Shown: positions 10,128 to 31,196 of the stretch, piece by piece
Layout: the number at the start of each line of letters is the position of its first letter
How positions within the stretch are numbered: the stretch's first letter is position 1
Translations under genes and position numbers: made by a program
Source of the DNA: an uncultured Actinomycetes bacterium
GTDB lineage: Bacteria > Actinomycetota > Thermoleophilia > Gaiellales > Gaiellaceae
NCBI GenBank assembly: GCA_963722715.1
Contig: CAVROA010000004.1
Coordinates: 15,951-79,950, forward strand
DNA: 64,000 nucleotides
Direction of reading: 5' to 3'
Notes under the pieces: generated by a model
Told to the model about the DNA's origin: nothing
Seen by the model: the letters and a program-made list of their open reading frames with translations, nothing else
Databases searched by the model: none

Positions 10128-10658
10128 GTGCTGAAGGAAAAGAAAGAGCAGGTCGTCGCGGAGCTTGTGGAGCGGCTCCGGTCGACGGACACGCTCATCG
10201 TGGCCGACTACCGCGGCCTCAGCATGAAGGAGATCGACGGGGTTCGGAGCGAGCTGCTCCAGCACGGCGCCCGCTTCTCCGTCGTCAAGAACACGCTCAC
10301 GATGCGGGCAGCCGACGAGGCCGGGGTCGATGCCCTGAAGGAGTTCCTGGATGGCCCGACCGCAATCGCCTTCGTCGGCGACGGCGACATGGTCGCGGTC
10401 GCGAAGACGCTGAGCGACACGGCTCGACGGACGAAGATCCTCGCCGTCCGCGGCGGGATCCTGCAGGGCGAGACGATCACCGCCGATCAGGTGCGCGACC
10501 TGGCGACCCTGCCGCCGCTCGATGTCCTCCAGGGCCAGGTCCTGGGCGCCATCGTCGGCCCCATGAACGCCGTCGTGGGGCTCTTCACCGCCCCGCTTCG
10601 GGACGTGGTCAACGTGCTCGACGCACGCATACAGCAACTGCAAGAACAGGAGGCATAG
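10128..10658 (+). CDS. rplJ: 50S ribosomal protein uL10
   Basis: GTG 10128 ([16 protein letters not shown], typical uL10 N-terminus) preceded by GAGAGGAGAAG. In-frame GTG 10083 is an alternative start. Confidence 0.9.
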   Translation: MLKEKKEQVVAELVERLRSTDTLIVADYRGLSMKEIDGVRSELLQHGARFSVVKNTLTMRAADEAGVDALKEFLDGPTAIAFVGDGDMVAVAKTLSDTARRTKILAVRGGILQGETITADQVRDLATLPPLDVLQGQVLGAIVGPMNAVVGLFTAPLRDVVNVLDARIQQLQEQEA

Positions 10659-10662
10659 GGAA

Positions 10663-11052
10663 ATGGCAACTGACACCGCGAAGGTCGTCGAGCAGCTCGG
10701 GAAGATGACCGTGCTGGAGCTCGTCGAGCTGAAGAACAAGTTGGAGGAGGAATGGGGCGTGACGGCTGCAGCGCCGGTGGCGGTCGCCGCCCCGGGTGCT
10801 CCGGCCGCCGGTGGCGGGGACGGAGCCGCCGCCGAGGAGCAGTCGGAGTTCGACGTCATCATCACTGCTCCCGGGGACAAGAAGATCCAGGTGATCAAGG
10901 TCGTCCGCGCGATCACGAGCCTCGGCCTCAAGGAGGCGAAGGACGTGGTCGACGGGGCGCCCGGCCCGGTCAAGGAGGGCGTCACCAAGGAAGAGGCCGA
11001 GAGCATCAAGGCCCAGCTCGAAGAGGCCGGCGCAACAGCCGAGATCAAGTAG
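10663..11052 (+). CDS. rplL: 50S ribosomal protein bL12 (L7/L12)
   Basis: [16 protein letters not shown], Ala/Gly hinge, [28 protein letters not shown]. Confidence 0.95.
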   Translation: MATDTAKVVEQLGKMTVLELVELKNKLEEEWGVTAAAPVAVAAPGAPAAGGGDGAAAEEQSEFDVIITAPGDKKIQVIKVVRAITSLGLKEAKDVVDGAPGPVKEGVTKEEAESIKAQLEEAGATAEIK

Positions 11053-11074
11053 AAAAGACCGAATTCACACGGAC

Positions 11075-11110
11075 GGAAGGGCGGCCAAGGCTGCCCTTCC
11101 GGCGTTTTTG
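11075..11110 (+). terminator. Rho-independent terminator after rplL
   Basis: GGAAGGGCGGCC..GGCTGCCCTTCC stem followed by GGCGTTTTTGG. Confidence 0.6.
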
Positions 11111-11235
11111 GCCCCTTTCCTCTTGTGAAGAGGTCGTAAGGTCGCTCACCCGTCCGGGGGTTCGTGGTGTGGAAGGGCTCGCCCGCGGCCGAAGTAGTGC
11201 AAGACCGGGAAAAGCCGCACCCACGGAGGTTCAGG

Positions 11236-11982
11236 ATGAAGTTCAAGGTACTTCTGCTCGCGCTCGCCGCCACGCTGGTCGTCACTTCTGGCGCCACCGC
11301 GAAGAACGGCGGGGGCAACGGAAAGGGTCACGCCCAGACCACGCATTCGCAATCGGCCGCGCACGGCTCGAAGCACGAAGGCAAGGGCCACGCGACTAAA
11401 GCCGTGAAGGTCAAGAAGGCGAAGAAGCACGAGGCAGCCGTAGCCGAGGAGGCCGGCGACGCGCTGGCCCCGGACGACGCTGTGGAGGTCGAGGAGCCGA
11501 GCGCCGAGAAGACGAACCCGGCCTGGACCTGCAAGACCCGACTCGAGGAGCGTGGCGCAGAGCAGTTCGTCATCGACTACGGGACGAACACGAACGGCGC
11601 CAACGCGTTCGGCAAGTGCGTCTCTGGCGTTGCCAACGGCAGCGAGGAGGAGACGACGGAAGTCCCGGCAGAGCCCGACGCCGCTTGCGAAGCGGTTACC
11701 CCGGCCCCTGACGTCGTCGAGACGACCGAGGTGACAGCTGCCGAGGAGAGCTCGGAGACCACGGAGGTACCTGCTGCCGATGAAGACAGCTCGGATACCC
11801 CCGAGGTGCCTGCCTGTGAGCCCGTCGACGGGACCGGCACGACCACTCCTCCCGCCGCGGACGGCACCGGAGACACCACTGGCACCGTGACAGACACTGT
11901 CGCGGACCCTGCTGTGCCGAGTGCGGACGATGCGCTTCTGGCTGCCGCACGCGCCGTCAAGGCGTTCGCTGCCAGCCTCTAG
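11236..11982 (+). CDS. Secreted hypothetical protein (signal peptide, His/Lys-rich then Thr/Glu-rich low complexity, small Cys-containing core)
   Basis: ATG 11236 preceded by GGAGG. MKFKVLLLALAATLVVTSGATA signal-like N-terminus. Core NPAWTCKTRLEERGAEQFVIDYGTNTNGANAFGKCVSG. No family recognised. Confidence 0.6.
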   Translation: MKFKVLLLALAATLVVTSGATAKNGGGNGKGHAQTTHSQSAAHGSKHEGKGHATKAVKVKKAKKHEAAVAEEAGDALAPDDAVEVEEPSAEKTNPAWTCKTRLEERGAEQFVIDYGTNTNGANAFGKCVSGVANGSEEETTEVPAEPDAACEAVTPAPDVVETTEVTAAEESSETTEVPAADEDSSDTPEVPACEPVDGTGTTTPPAADGTGDTTGTVTDTVADPAVPSADDALLAAARAVKAFAASL

Positions 11983-12001
11983 AAGCTCCGAACGGATCGA
12001 T

Positions 12002-12029
12002 CAGAGGGGGCGCTACGGCGCCTCCTCTG
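12002..12029 (+). terminator. Strong hairpin after the hypothetical gene (12-bp stem, TACG loop), no U-tract
   Basis: CAGAGGGGGCGC-TACG-GCGCCTCCTCTG, 20 nt after the stop codon. Confidence 0.45.
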
Positions 12030-12215
12030 GCATTCATGCGAAAAAGGTGTAGAGTGCGGCTTCAGAACGGCGGTCTCCGCAGGTATACGCTTGCGGGGGA
12101 ACGTCTGCCTCTGCTACCCTGATAGGTCGCGCCGCTCCTCCGCGTTCTCCACTGTTTTTATCGGATTCCGATCCCGTCTTTATCCGTTCGTCCTGCCTAG
12201 AGGGAGGCTTCGTTC

Positions 12216-15857
<3,642 letters not shown>

Positions 15858-15928
15858 GCACACGAATTCGTACGGGCGGGCAGCTGGCTCGCCCACCATT
15901 GCGCGACAGGAAAGAGGCGGAGAGAGCT

Positions 15929-20518
<4,590 letters not shown>

Positions 20519-20544
20519 AAGTCGTCCGTAACGGGCTAGTCGTT

Positions 20545-20567
20545 GGGGCGGGGAATTTCCTCGCCCC
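20545..20567. terminator. Hairpin downstream of rpoC, in the gap to the convergent GGDEF gene
   Basis: GGGGCGGGG-AATTT-CCTCGCCCC followed by TTCGCGTT. Confidence 0.45.
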
Positions 20568-20758
20568 TTCGCGTTCCAGGGGCGGGCGCGTCCCCGTTCG
20601 AAGAACCCCGCTCTTTGCGAAAAGTTCTCAAGGCCGGGTCTAGCGCAACCTGCTCGATTCTTCTACATTCTGCGGCGGCGACTGTGGCACGGCGGGCTTG
20701 AGCCCGTCCTCGGTTATCCACAGAACTCACAGGAGGCTGGGGAGAACTTGGCACGCCC

Positions 20759-21941
20759 TCAAGGCGTGTCGTTTCCTGCGATCGCGCGTCCCTTGCCGGC
20801 CTGCTTGGCCTCATAGAGCGCATCGTCTGCACGTTCGAAGAACGACACCGGATCGTCGTTCGGCCGAAGCTCCGCCACCCCGGCGGAGATGCGTAGACGG
20901 TCGGCGGGGCCCGTGGAGCGGTTCGCGACGGCAAACTGCAGTCGGCGAAAGAGCTGGTTGGCGTCCACCAGCGCGGACTCCGGCAGGATGACCGCGAATT
21001 CGTCGCCGCCGATTCGGCAACCCAGATCCGAGCTGCGAATCACGGACAGAACACGGTCGCCCAGCTGGGCCAGCACGTGGTCACCGCCCAGGTGCCCTTC
21101 CTGGTCGTTGATCGACTTGAAGTCGTCGATGTCGAAGACGAGCAGCGCGAGCGAGCGCTCGTAGCGGGTTGCGCGCGCACATTCGCGTGCGAGCGCATCG
21201 TGAAAGAACCGGCGGTTGTACAGGCTGGTGAGCGCATCGAGGTTGGCCAGCTGCCGCGCCTCTCGAAACCGGCGGGCGTTCTCGATCACGGGCGCCGCCG
21301 CCGTCGGCCAGCTCCTCGAGCTCGCCGAGCTCTTGCTCGGAGAGTTGCCGCTCGCGGCCCCGCCAGAAGACGCCGAGGCTGCCGATCGCCCCGCCATTCG
21401 CCAGGAGGGGGATCATCAGACCGCCGCGGATCAGCGTTTCGTCGCCTGCGCTCTCGTCTGCGTAGCGGTAGTTGATCGTGATGGCGCGGGTCTCGCCGCC
21501 CTCGGGCGCACTGCCGACCAGCTGGCGCTCGGCCTCGTCAGGCGTCATCCCGGCGGTCGCAACGACGGGCTCGCTCTCCGGCTGGGAGACGATCACCATG
21601 GCCGCCTCGGCCGGAGCGAGGTCGAGCGCCGCTTCGACCAGGTGGCGGGCGACCGAGTCGAGGTCGATCGAGCCGCCGAGGCTCGCGAGCCTCTGTGACC
21701 GCTGGCTCTCCTCCCGAGCCCGCAAGAGCTCCCGGGAAAGATCCTCGAGCATCTGCTCGAAGCGAGCGTCGGACTCTTCGAGCATGCGCTCAACATCGGG
21801 ATCCTGCTGCTCGCGTCGCGAGCGCAGCACGAGCACCATCAGAACCATTGCGACGACGAGCGCGATTGCGACGGCGCTGACCGCAGCGCCGACCGCTATC
21901 CACGTCGTCGTCTCGAAATACAAAGTCATCCCGGTCGCCAT
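20759..21941 (-). pseudogene. TM + GAF-like + GGDEF diguanylate cyclase, frame-disrupted near 21291..21306
   Basis: The N-terminal half (TM TWIAVGAAVSAVAIALVVAMVLMVLVL, GAF-like region) lies in ORF 21081..21941. The GGDEF half (LTSLYNRRFF, RIGGDEFAVIL, YEAKQAGKG) lies in ORF 20759..21397. The frames differ by one base inside GACGGCGGCGGCGCC. Confidence 0.7.
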
Positions 21942-22124
21942 CCGGTGTCGTAGGGCCGCTAAACGGACAATAGGGGCGTTTTTCCACTTTTCATACCCCT
22001 GGGGCGCGACGTCACGGGCAACCCGTTGCTGCTACCATTCCGCGAGGTTCGGGGTGGGCAACAGCTGCCTGCGCCGAGCTTTCTTTGCGTAGAAAACCTG
22101 GACCAGGGAGACCTCGAAACACTC

Positions 22125-22670
22125 GTGCCAACTGTGAATCAGCTCGTCCGGAAGGGCCGCACTGCGCCCACCAGCAAGACCAAGACGCCCGCGTTGCGCG
22201 GAGCGCCCCAGAAGAGGGGCGTCTGCACGCGCGTCTTCACCGTCACCCCGAAGAAGCCGAATTCGGCCCTACGCAAGGTTGCCCGAGTGCGCCTCACGAA
22301 CGGGATGGAGGTCACCACCTACATTCCGGGCGAGGGACACAATCTTCAGGAGCACTCGGTCGTGCTGGTCCGCGGCGGCCGGGTCAAGGATCTCCCGGGC
22401 GTCCGCTACAAGGTGATCCGCGCTGCCCTTGATACCGCCGGCGTCTCCGATCGCCGCCAGGCGCGCTCGCGGTATGGCGCCAAGAAGGGCGGAGTAACTA
22501 AGTTGGCGACCCCCTTCCTCCCATCTCGCACTCTTATGACCGCTGCAAAGCGTCGCCTCGCGGCGTCCTCAGTCGCGCCCGTAGCTTCCAGCTACGAGCA
22601 CTCCTTGCGTCCTTGCGATGCTCGCTTTTCGCGGCCTGAGAGCACGATCTGCTCGGAAGGTGATCGCTGA
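22125..22670 (+). CDS. rpsL: 30S ribosomal protein uS12 (no stop at the canonical end; frame stays open to the rpsG start)
   Basis: GTG 22125 gives [72 protein letters not shown] (residue about 123). The next 57 codons have visibly lower GC3. Confidence 0.9.
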   Translation: MPTVNQLVRKGRTAPTSKTKTPALRGAPQKRGVCTRVFTVTPKKPNSALRKVARVRLTNGMEVTTYIPGEGHNLQEHSVVLVRGGRVKDLPGVRYKVIRAALDTAGVSDRRQARSRYGAKKGGVTKLATPFLPSRTLMTAAKRRLAASSVAPVASSYEHSLRPCDARFSRPESTICSEGDR

Positions 22671-23140
22671 TGCCGCGCCGCGCAGAGATTGCGATTCGCG
22701 AGCTCGATCCGGATCCCGTCTACAACTCGAAGCTCGTCACCCAGGTGATCAACAAGGTGATGACGCGCGGGAAGAAGTCCGTCGCGGAGCGGATCGTGTA
22801 TGAGGCGCTCGATGTCGTCGGCGAGAAGACGGGCAAGCCGCCTGTCGACGTGCTCGAGCAGGCCGTGAAGACGGTAACGCCCGTGCTCGAGGTTCGCTCG
22901 CGCCGCGTCGGCGGTGCGAACTACCAGGTTCCGATCGAGGTGCCACAGCGCCGTGCGCGGACGCTCGCCGTGCGCTGGATCGTCAGCTACTCCCGCGACC
23001 GACGAGAAAAGCACATGCAGGAGAAGCTTGCGGGCGAGATCCTCGATGCGATCAACCAGCAGGGCGGCGCCTTCAAGCGTAAGGACGATCTCTACCGAAT
23101 GGCGCAGGCCAACAAGGCCTTCGCGCACTACCGGTGGTAG
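22670..23140 (+). CDS. rpsG: 30S ribosomal protein uS7
   Basis: [26 protein letters not shown]. Ends AFAHYRW. Confidence 0.95.
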   Translation: MPRRAEIAIRELDPDPVYNSKLVTQVINKVMTRGKKSVAERIVYEALDVVGEKTGKPPVDVLEQAVKTVTPVLEVRSRRVGGANYQVPIEVPQRRARTLAVRWIVSYSRDRREKHMQEKLAGEILDAINQQGGAFKRKDDLYRMAQANKAFAHYRW

Positions 23141-23152
23141 CAGGGACCTCCG

Positions 23153-25261
<2,109 letters not shown>

Positions 25262-25277
25262 AGGACACGGAGGACTA

Positions 25278-26468
25278 ATGGCTAAGCAGAAGTTCGAGCG
25301 CACGAAGCCCCACGTCAACGTCGGCACCATCGGTCACATCGACCACGGGAAGACGACTCTGACGGCGGCGATCACGAAGGTGCTGGCAGAGACCGGGACA
25401 GGCACCTCCTTCACCCAGTTCGACCAGATCGACAAGGCTCCGGAGGAGAAGGAGCGCGGCATCACGATCGCCGCCTCGCACGTCGAGTACGAGACGGAGA
25501 ACCGTCACTACGCGCACGTCGACTGCCCGGGCCACGCCGACTACATCAAGAACATGATCACCGGCGCCGCCCAGATGGACGGCGCGATCCTCGTCGTCTC
25601 GGCTGCGGACGGCCCCATGCCGCAGACCCGGGAGCACATCCTCCTCGCCCGCCAGGTCGAGGTGCCTTACATCGTCGTGTTCCTGAACAAGGCCGACATG
25701 GTCGACGACCCGGAGCTCCTCGAGCTCGTCGAGCTCGAGGTCCGGGAGCTCCTCTCGAAGTACGAGTTCCCCGGGGACGACACCCCGATCATCGCCGGCT
25801 CGGCGCTGAAGGCGCTCGAGGGCGACGAGGAGTGGGTGCCGAAGATCATCGAGCTCATGGCTGCGGTGGACTCGTACATCCCGGAGCCGGAGCGCGACAT
25901 CGACAAGCCGTTCCTGATGCCGATCGAGGATGTCTTCACGATCACCGGCCGCGGAACCGTCGTCACGGGCCGCGTCGAGCAGGGCGCCGTCAAGGTCGGC
26001 GAGGAAGTCGAGATGGTCGGCATCCACCCGCAGGTGACGAAGACGGTCGTGACCGGCGTCGAGATGTTCCAGAAGCTCCTCGACCAGGGTCAGGCAGGCG
26101 ACAACATCGGCGCTCTCCTCCGCGGCACCAAGCGCGAGGAGGTGGAGCGTGGCCAGGTGCTCGCCAAGCCCGGCTCGATCACGCCCCACACGCACTTCAA
26201 GGCCGAGGTCTACGTCCTCTCCAAGGACGAGGGCGGGCGCCACACGCCGTTCTTCAACGGTTACCGGCCCCAGTTCTACTTCCGGACGACGGACGTGACG
26301 GGCTCGATCAAGCTGCCGGAGGGCCAGGAGATGGTCATGCCGGGCGACAACACGAACATGGAGATCGAGCTGATCCAGCCGATCGCCATGGACTCCGGCC
26401 TTCGCTTCGCCGTCCGCGAGGGCGGGCGCACCGTGGGCGCCGGCGTCGTGACGGAGATCGTCACCTAA
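25278..26468 (+). CDS. tuf: Elongation factor Tu
   Basis: ATG 25278 gives [61 protein letters not shown]. Confidence 0.97.
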   Translation: MAKQKFERTKPHVNVGTIGHIDHGKTTLTAAITKVLAETGTGTSFTQFDQIDKAPEEKERGITIAASHVEYETENRHYAHVDCPGHADYIKNMITGAAQMDGAILVVSAADGPMPQTREHILLARQVEVPYIVVFLNKADMVDDPELLELVELEVRELLSKYEFPGDDTPIIAGSALKALEGDEEWVPKIIELMAAVDSYIPEPERDIDKPFLMPIEDVFTITGRGTVVTGRVEQGAVKVGEEVEMVGIHPQVTKTVVTGVEMFQKLLDQGQAGDNIGALLRGTKREEVERGQVLAKPGSITPHTHFKAEVYVLSKDEGGRHTPFFNGYRPQFYFRTTDVTGSIKLPEGQEMVMPGDNTNMEIELIQPIAMDSGLRFAVREGGRTVGAGVVTEIVT

Positions 26469-26476
26469 GGACACAC

Positions 26477-26785
26477 ATGGCCCAAGCCAAGATCCGCATC
26501 CGCCTCAAGGGCTACGACCACACCCAGCTCGACCGGTCGGCCGTGTCGATCGTCGAGACGGCGCAGCGGACCGGTGCGACGGTCACCGGTCCCGTGCCCC
26601 TGCCCACCGAGAACAACCGCTACACGGTTCTCCGAAGCCCGTTCAAGGACAAGGACAGCCGCGAGCACTTCGAGGTGCGTACGCACAAGCGCCTGATTGA
26701 CATCCACTCGCCGACTCCGAAGACGGTCGACTCCCTGATGCGGCTCGACCTACCGGCGGGCGTCGACATCGAGATCAAGCTCTGA
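26477..26785 (+). CDS. rpsJ: 30S ribosomal protein uS10
   Basis: [15 protein letters not shown]...GPVPLPTE...[14 protein letters not shown]. Confidence 0.95.
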   Translation: MAQAKIRIRLKGYDHTQLDRSAVSIVETAQRTGATVTGPVPLPTENNRYTVLRSPFKDKDSREHFEVRTHKRLIDIHSPTPKTVDSLMRLDLPAGVDIEIKL

Positions 26786-26786
26786 C

Positions 26787-27407
26787 ATGAAGGGGATCGT
26801 CGGACGCAAGCTCGGGATGACGCAGGTCTTCGACCCGGAGACCGGCTCGCTCACGCCCGTGACGGTGATCGAGGCGGGGCCCTGCCCCGTGGTGTCGATC
26901 CGGATGGCGGACACGGACGGCTACGACGCCGTCCAGCTGGCCTTCGACGCCGTGCCGGAGCGCAAGCTCCAGCGGCCGAGGCTCGGGCATCTGAAGAAGC
27001 ACGGCGTCGGGCCGCACCGGAAGCTGGTCGAGATCCGCGGGGCGCACGAGCTGACGCCGGGCGAGACCATGACCGTCGAGGCATTCGAGCCCGGGGACAA
27101 GGTCAAGGTCTCCGGGATCTCGATCGGGAAGGGGTTCCAGGGGACGATCAAGCGGCACAACTTCGCCCGCGGCCCGGTCAGCCACGGCTCGCACAACGTG
27201 CGCGCACCCGGGTCGATCGGCGCCTCCGCGACGCCTTCGCGCGTCTTCAAGGGCCAGAAGATGCCCGGCCAGATGGGCAACAAGCGCATCACCCAGGTCG
27301 GCCTCACGGTGGTCGACCGGGACCCCGAGCAGAACCTGCTCCTTCTGAAGGGCGCGGTTCCCGGCCACAAGAACGGCATCGTCGTCATCCGCGAGGACAT
27401 CAGGTAG
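26787..27407 (+). CDS. rplC: 50S ribosomal protein uL3
   Basis: [28 protein letters not shown]. Confidence 0.95.
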   Translation: MKGIVGRKLGMTQVFDPETGSLTPVTVIEAGPCPVVSIRMADTDGYDAVQLAFDAVPERKLQRPRLGHLKKHGVGPHRKLVEIRGAHELTPGETMTVEAFEPGDKVKVSGISIGKGFQGTIKRHNFARGPVSHGSHNVRAPGSIGASATPSRVFKGQKMPGQMGNKRITQVGLTVVDRDPEQNLLLLKGAVPGHKNGIVVIREDIR

Positions 27408-27411
27408 ACGC

Positions 27412-28059
27412 ATGGCCGCTCCGAAAGCACCCCTGCTCGACCTCGCCGGCAAGAAGTCGAAGGACGTGACGCTCGCAGAAGCCGTCTTCACCGCCGAGGT
27501 GAAGCCGCACCTGATCCACGAGACCGTCCGCTCCGAGACCTCGGCCGCACGCGCGAACACGCGCGGCGGAAAGTCTCGCGGCCTCGTCTCCGGCGGGCGG
27601 GCGAAGCCGTGGCGGCAGAAGGGCACCGGCCGTGCCCGCTCGGGCACGACGCGGGCGCCGCAGTGGACGGGCGGCGGGATGGCCTTCCCGCCCAACAACC
27701 GCTCCTTCGACGTCAAGGTGAACCGGAAGGCGCGCAAGGCTGCGCTCCGCGGAGCGCTTTCCTATCACGCGCAGCAGGGAACGCTGGCCGTGCTGGACGC
27801 CGCCGACTTCGCTGAGCCCTCGACCAAGAGCGCTATCGCGCTCGCCACCGCCTGGGGCAAGGACTTTCCTCTCCTCGTGATCGCCGAGCGCGACGAGCAG
27901 CCGCTCGTCAAGTCCTTCCGCAACGTCGAGCGGTCACTCGTCGTCGAGCCGGCCGAGCTCGAGGTCGGCGCGCTCGTCTGGGCCCGCTCCGTGCTCGTCT
28001 CCCAGGCCGCGCTCGACCGAGTCCAGCAGATGGCGGACGGAGGGGGGCGGCACTCATGA
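27412..28059 (+). CDS. rplD: 50S ribosomal protein uL4
   Basis: RQKGTGRARSGTTRAPQWTGGG. Confidence 0.95.
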   Translation: MAAPKAPLLDLAGKKSKDVTLAEAVFTAEVKPHLIHETVRSETSAARANTRGGKSRGLVSGGRAKPWRQKGTGRARSGTTRAPQWTGGGMAFPPNNRSFDVKVNRKARKAALRGALSYHAQQGTLAVLDAADFAEPSTKSAIALATAWGKDFPLLVIAERDEQPLVKSFRNVERSLVVEPAELEVGALVWARSVLVSQAALDRVQQMADGGGRHS

Positions 28060-28352
28060 GCCTGTCGTCCCGTCAAGTGCTGATCGCTCCGGTCGTCTCC
28101 GAGAAGAGCTACAGCCTGATCGAGAACAACAAGTACTCGTTCCGCGTCCACGAAAAGGCGCACAAGACCCAGATCCGCCAGGCCGTCGAGGAGCTCTTCG
28201 ACGTCAAGGTCGAGGGCGTCAACATCGTCAAGGTGCAGGCGAAGCCGAAGCGCCGAGGCACGTCGAAGGGCACGAGGCCAGGCTGGAAGAAGGCGATCGT
28301 CCAGCTACGTGCCGGTGACCGGATCGAGATCTTCGAAGGAGTCGCTGTCTAG
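28056..28352 (+). CDS. rplW: 50S ribosomal protein uL23
   Basis: IAPVVSEKS...[27 protein letters not shown] overlap with rplD. Confidence 0.95.
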   Translation: MSLSSRQVLIAPVVSEKSYSLIENNKYSFRVHEKAHKTQIRQAVEELFDVKVEGVNIVKVQAKPKRRGTSKGTRPGWKKAIVQLRAGDRIEIFEGVAV

Positions 28353-28354
28353 GC

Positions 28355-29197
28355 ATGCCCATTCGCAAGTACAAGCCGACGAGCCCTGGCCGGCGCTTCC
28401 GGAGCGTCTCGACCTTCGAGGAGGTCACGAAGACGACGCCGGAGAAGAGCCTGCTCGAGCCCGTGAAGAGGACGGGCGGCCGGAACAACAACGGGCGCAT
28501 CACCACCCGGCACCAGGGCGGCGGCCACAAGCGCCGGTACCGGGTTGTCGACTTCAAGCGGACGAAGGACGGCGTGCCCGCGAAGGTGGCGGCGATCGAG
28601 TACGACCCGAACCGCTCCGCGCGGATCGCCCTGCTCCACTATGCAGACGGCGCCAAGTCCTACATCCTCGCGCCAGCTCGTATCCAGGTGGGGCAGAAGG
28701 TCGAGTCGGGGCCGAACGCGGACATCAAGCCGGGAAACGCCCTGCCGCTTGCGAACATCCCGACCGGAACGCTCGTCCACAACGTCGAGCTGAAACCGGG
28801 CCGCGGCGGCCAGATGGCGCGTAGCGCAGGGGCGGGAGTCCAGCTCGTCGCCAAGGACAGCGGCTTCGCCGTGCTCCGTGTCCCTTCCGGTGAGATGCGC
28901 CGGGTTCCGCTCACCTGCCGCGCAACCGTCGGGCAGGTGGGTAACGTCGACCACGAAAACCAGAACAGCGGCAAGGCGGGACGGAGCCGCTGGCTCGGCA
29001 AGCGCCCGACCGTCCGCGGCTCTGCCATGAACCCCGTGGACCATCCACACGGCGGCGGAGAGGGCAAGTCCAAGGGCGGCCGGCATCCGGTCACCCCGTG
29101 GGGCGTTCCGACGCTCGGCAAGCGCACGCGCAAGAAGCACAAGGACTCCGACAAGCTCATCGTCCGCGGCCGGCGCCGCGGCAAGGAAAGGCGGTAA
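28355..29197 (+). CDS. rplB: 50S ribosomal protein uL2
   Basis: [34 protein letters not shown]. Confidence 0.97.
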   Translation: MPIRKYKPTSPGRRFRSVSTFEEVTKTTPEKSLLEPVKRTGGRNNNGRITTRHQGGGHKRRYRVVDFKRTKDGVPAKVAAIEYDPNRSARIALLHYADGAKSYILAPARIQVGQKVESGPNADIKPGNALPLANIPTGTLVHNVELKPGRGGQMARSAGAGVQLVAKDSGFAVLRVPSGEMRRVPLTCRATVGQVGNVDHENQNSGKAGRSRWLGKRPTVRGSAMNPVDHPHGGGEGKSKGGRHPVTPWGVPTLGKRTRKKHKDSDKLIVRGRRRGKERR

Positions 29198-29476
29198 GTG
29201 TCTAGATCTTCGAAGAAGGGGCCGTGGGTCGAAGAACGGCTCATGAAGCGAATCAACGAGATGAACACCTCGGGCGCGAAGCGGCCCGTGCGGACGTGGT
29301 CGCGCACGTCGACGGTCTTCCCCGAGATGGTCGGCCACACGATCGCCGTGCACGACGGCCGTAAGCACGTGCCCGTGTTCGTGACCGAGTCGATGGTCGG
29401 CCACAAGCTCGGTGAGTTCGCGCCGACCCGGACGTTCCGCGGCCATTCCGGCGACAGGCAGGCAAAGGTCAGATAG
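29198..29476 (+). CDS. rpsS: 30S ribosomal protein uS19
   Basis: [40 protein letters not shown]. Confidence 0.95.
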   Translation: MSRSSKKGPWVEERLMKRINEMNTSGAKRPVRTWSRTSTVFPEMVGHTIAVHDGRKHVPVFVTESMVGHKLGEFAPTRTFRGHSGDRQAKVR

Positions 29477-30153
29477 TGGCCACGGTCGAAGAAGCAACGC
29501 GCACGGAAGTGCGCGCGGAGGCGAAGTACGTGCGAGCCGCCCCGCGCAAGACGCAGCTCGTCGTGGACCAGATCCGCGGCCGCACGGTCCCGGAGGCGCG
29601 CGCAATCCTTGCGTTCCTGGAGCGGGACGCCGCCCGGGACGTGGAGCGCGTCCTCACATCTGCTGTCGCAAACGCGGAGACGAACCACGGGCTGCTCGGC
29701 GACGACCTCTACGTCTCGGGCGCTTACGTGGGCGCCGGACCGACGCTGAAGCGGTGGCGTGCTCGCGCGCGCGGCCGGGTCGCCCGGATCAAGAAGCGCA
29801 CCTGCCACATCACGGTCACGCTCGCGATGCCGAGCGGGGAGGCGATTCCGGAGCCTCGAGGCTCGGTCGTGATCGAACCGCCGGCGGCGGAGCCGGAGTC
29901 GGCGCCCGCAGAGGAGAAGCCGAAGCCTGCGCAGGCACCCGAGAAGCAGGCCGAGGACGCGGCGACCCAGACCGAGAAGCCCAAGCGGGCCCCGCGCAAG
30001 AAGGCCGACGAGCCGACCGAGAAGGAGAAATCCACGTCCGAGGCCAAGCCGAAGGCCGAAGCAAAGCCCAAGCGCGCCGCGAAGCCCAAGGCTGCCGCCG
30101 ATGCGGCCGAAAAGCCGAAGCGCGCGCCACGGAAGAAGAAAGAGGAGTCTTAA
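29476..30153 (+). CDS. rplV: 50S ribosomal protein uL22 with about 110-aa Lys/Pro/Glu/Ala-rich C-terminal extension
   Basis: [40 protein letters not shown], then a low-complexity tail. Confidence 0.93.
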   Translation: MATVEEATRTEVRAEAKYVRAAPRKTQLVVDQIRGRTVPEARAILAFLERDAARDVERVLTSAVANAETNHGLLGDDLYVSGAYVGAGPTLKRWRARARGRVARIKKRTCHITVTLAMPSGEAIPEPRGSVVIEPPAAEPESAPAEEKPKPAQAPEKQAEDAATQTEKPKRAPRKKADEPTEKEKSTSEAKPKAEAKPKRAAKPKAAADAAEKPKRAPRKKKEES

Positions 30154-31196
30154 TGGGCCAGAAGGTTCATCCAGGCGGCCTTCGGGTCGGCATCATCCAC
30201 GACTGGAAGTCCAACTGGTTCGCCGGGACCAAGGACTTTCCGGCGTACCTGATCGAGGACGTCAAGATCCGCGACCACATCCGGGCCAAGCTCGGACACG
30301 CGGGGCTTTCGGACATCCTCATCAAGAAGGACAAGCAGCGGATCACGATCGACATCTACACGGCTCGGCCGGGCATCGTGATCGGCAAGTCGGGCTCCGA
30401 GGTGGACGCGCTGCGGCGCGAGATCCACGGGATGACCGAGAAGAGCGTCCACGTCAACATCAACGAGATCAAGCGCCCCGAGCTGGACGCGAAGCTCGTT
30501 GCACAGTCGATCGGCGAGCAGCTCCAGAACCGAGTCAGCTTCCGCCGGGCCATGAAGCGGTCGCTCGCCTCAGCGATCAGGTCGGGCGCGCAGGGAGTCA
30601 AGATCACGTGCGGCGGGCGCCTGGGCGGCGGCGAGATGTCTCGCTCCGAGACCTATTCGGAGGGCCGCGTCCCGCTCCACACGCTGCGCGCTGACATCGA
30701 CTACGGCTTTGCAGAGGCCAAGACGACCTACGGCCGGATCGGCGTCAAGGTCTGGATCAACAAGGGCGAGATCATGCCCGAGGGCTTCGACATGGGCCAG
30801 GGCGACGGAGCCTCGGGTCGGCTGGGCGAGCAGGACCAGGCACGGCGCCGCGGGGGCCGCGAGGGTCTCGGACCGCGTGAGGGGGGCCGCCGGCCTCCGG
30901 ATCGCGAGGGTCTCGGGCCGGTCCGCAAGCGGAAGCGCGGGAGCGGGCAGGGTGCCCAAGGCGCTCAGGGTGGCACGCGTCCCCGCGGAGCTCGCGTCGA
31001 GCAGCCGCGGACCGACGAGCAGGGTGTGTCCGAGGCCGGGCGGGAGCAGCCCGTCGTCGAGCCGGCCGCGCCCGAGGTGCCGCAGGAAGTCGCCGAGGCG
31101 CCGGATACGGCGACCGAGAAGACCGTGCAGGAAGACCCGACGACTGTCGAGTCGTCCGGCGAAGAGAGCGCCGAGAAGCCCGGAGGCGAGAAGTAG
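30153..31196 (+). CDS. rpsC: 30S ribosomal protein uS3 with about 110-aa C-terminal extension
   Basis: ATG 30153 overlaps the rplV stop. [43 protein letters not shown]. The upstream part of track ORF 29412..31196 is out-of-frame rpsS/rplV sequence. Confidence 0.93.
   Translation: MGQKVHPGGLRVGIIHDWKSNWFAGTKDFPAYLIEDVKIRDHIRAKLGHAGLSDILIKKDKQRITIDIYTARPGIVIGKSGSEVDALRREIHGMTEKSVHVNINEIKRPELDAKLVAQSIGEQLQNRVSFRRAMKRSLASAIRSGAQGVKITCGGRLGGGEMSRSETYSEGRVPLHTLRADIDYGFAEAKTTYGRIGVKVWINKGEIMPEGFDMGQGDGASGRLGEQDQARRRGGREGLGPREGGRRPPDREGLGPVRKRKRGSGQGAQGAQGGTRPRGARVEQPRTDEQGVSEAGREQPVVEPAAPEVPQEVAEAPDTATEKTVQEDPTTVESSGEESAEKPGGEK

Noticed and set aside
20568-20758. A small ORF or sRNA in the gap after rpoC (AGGAGG followed by TTG...MARPQGVSFPAIARPLPACLAS).
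   Set aside because: The SD-to-start spacing is too long. The peptide overlaps the GGDEF gene's 3' end and has no recognisable features.
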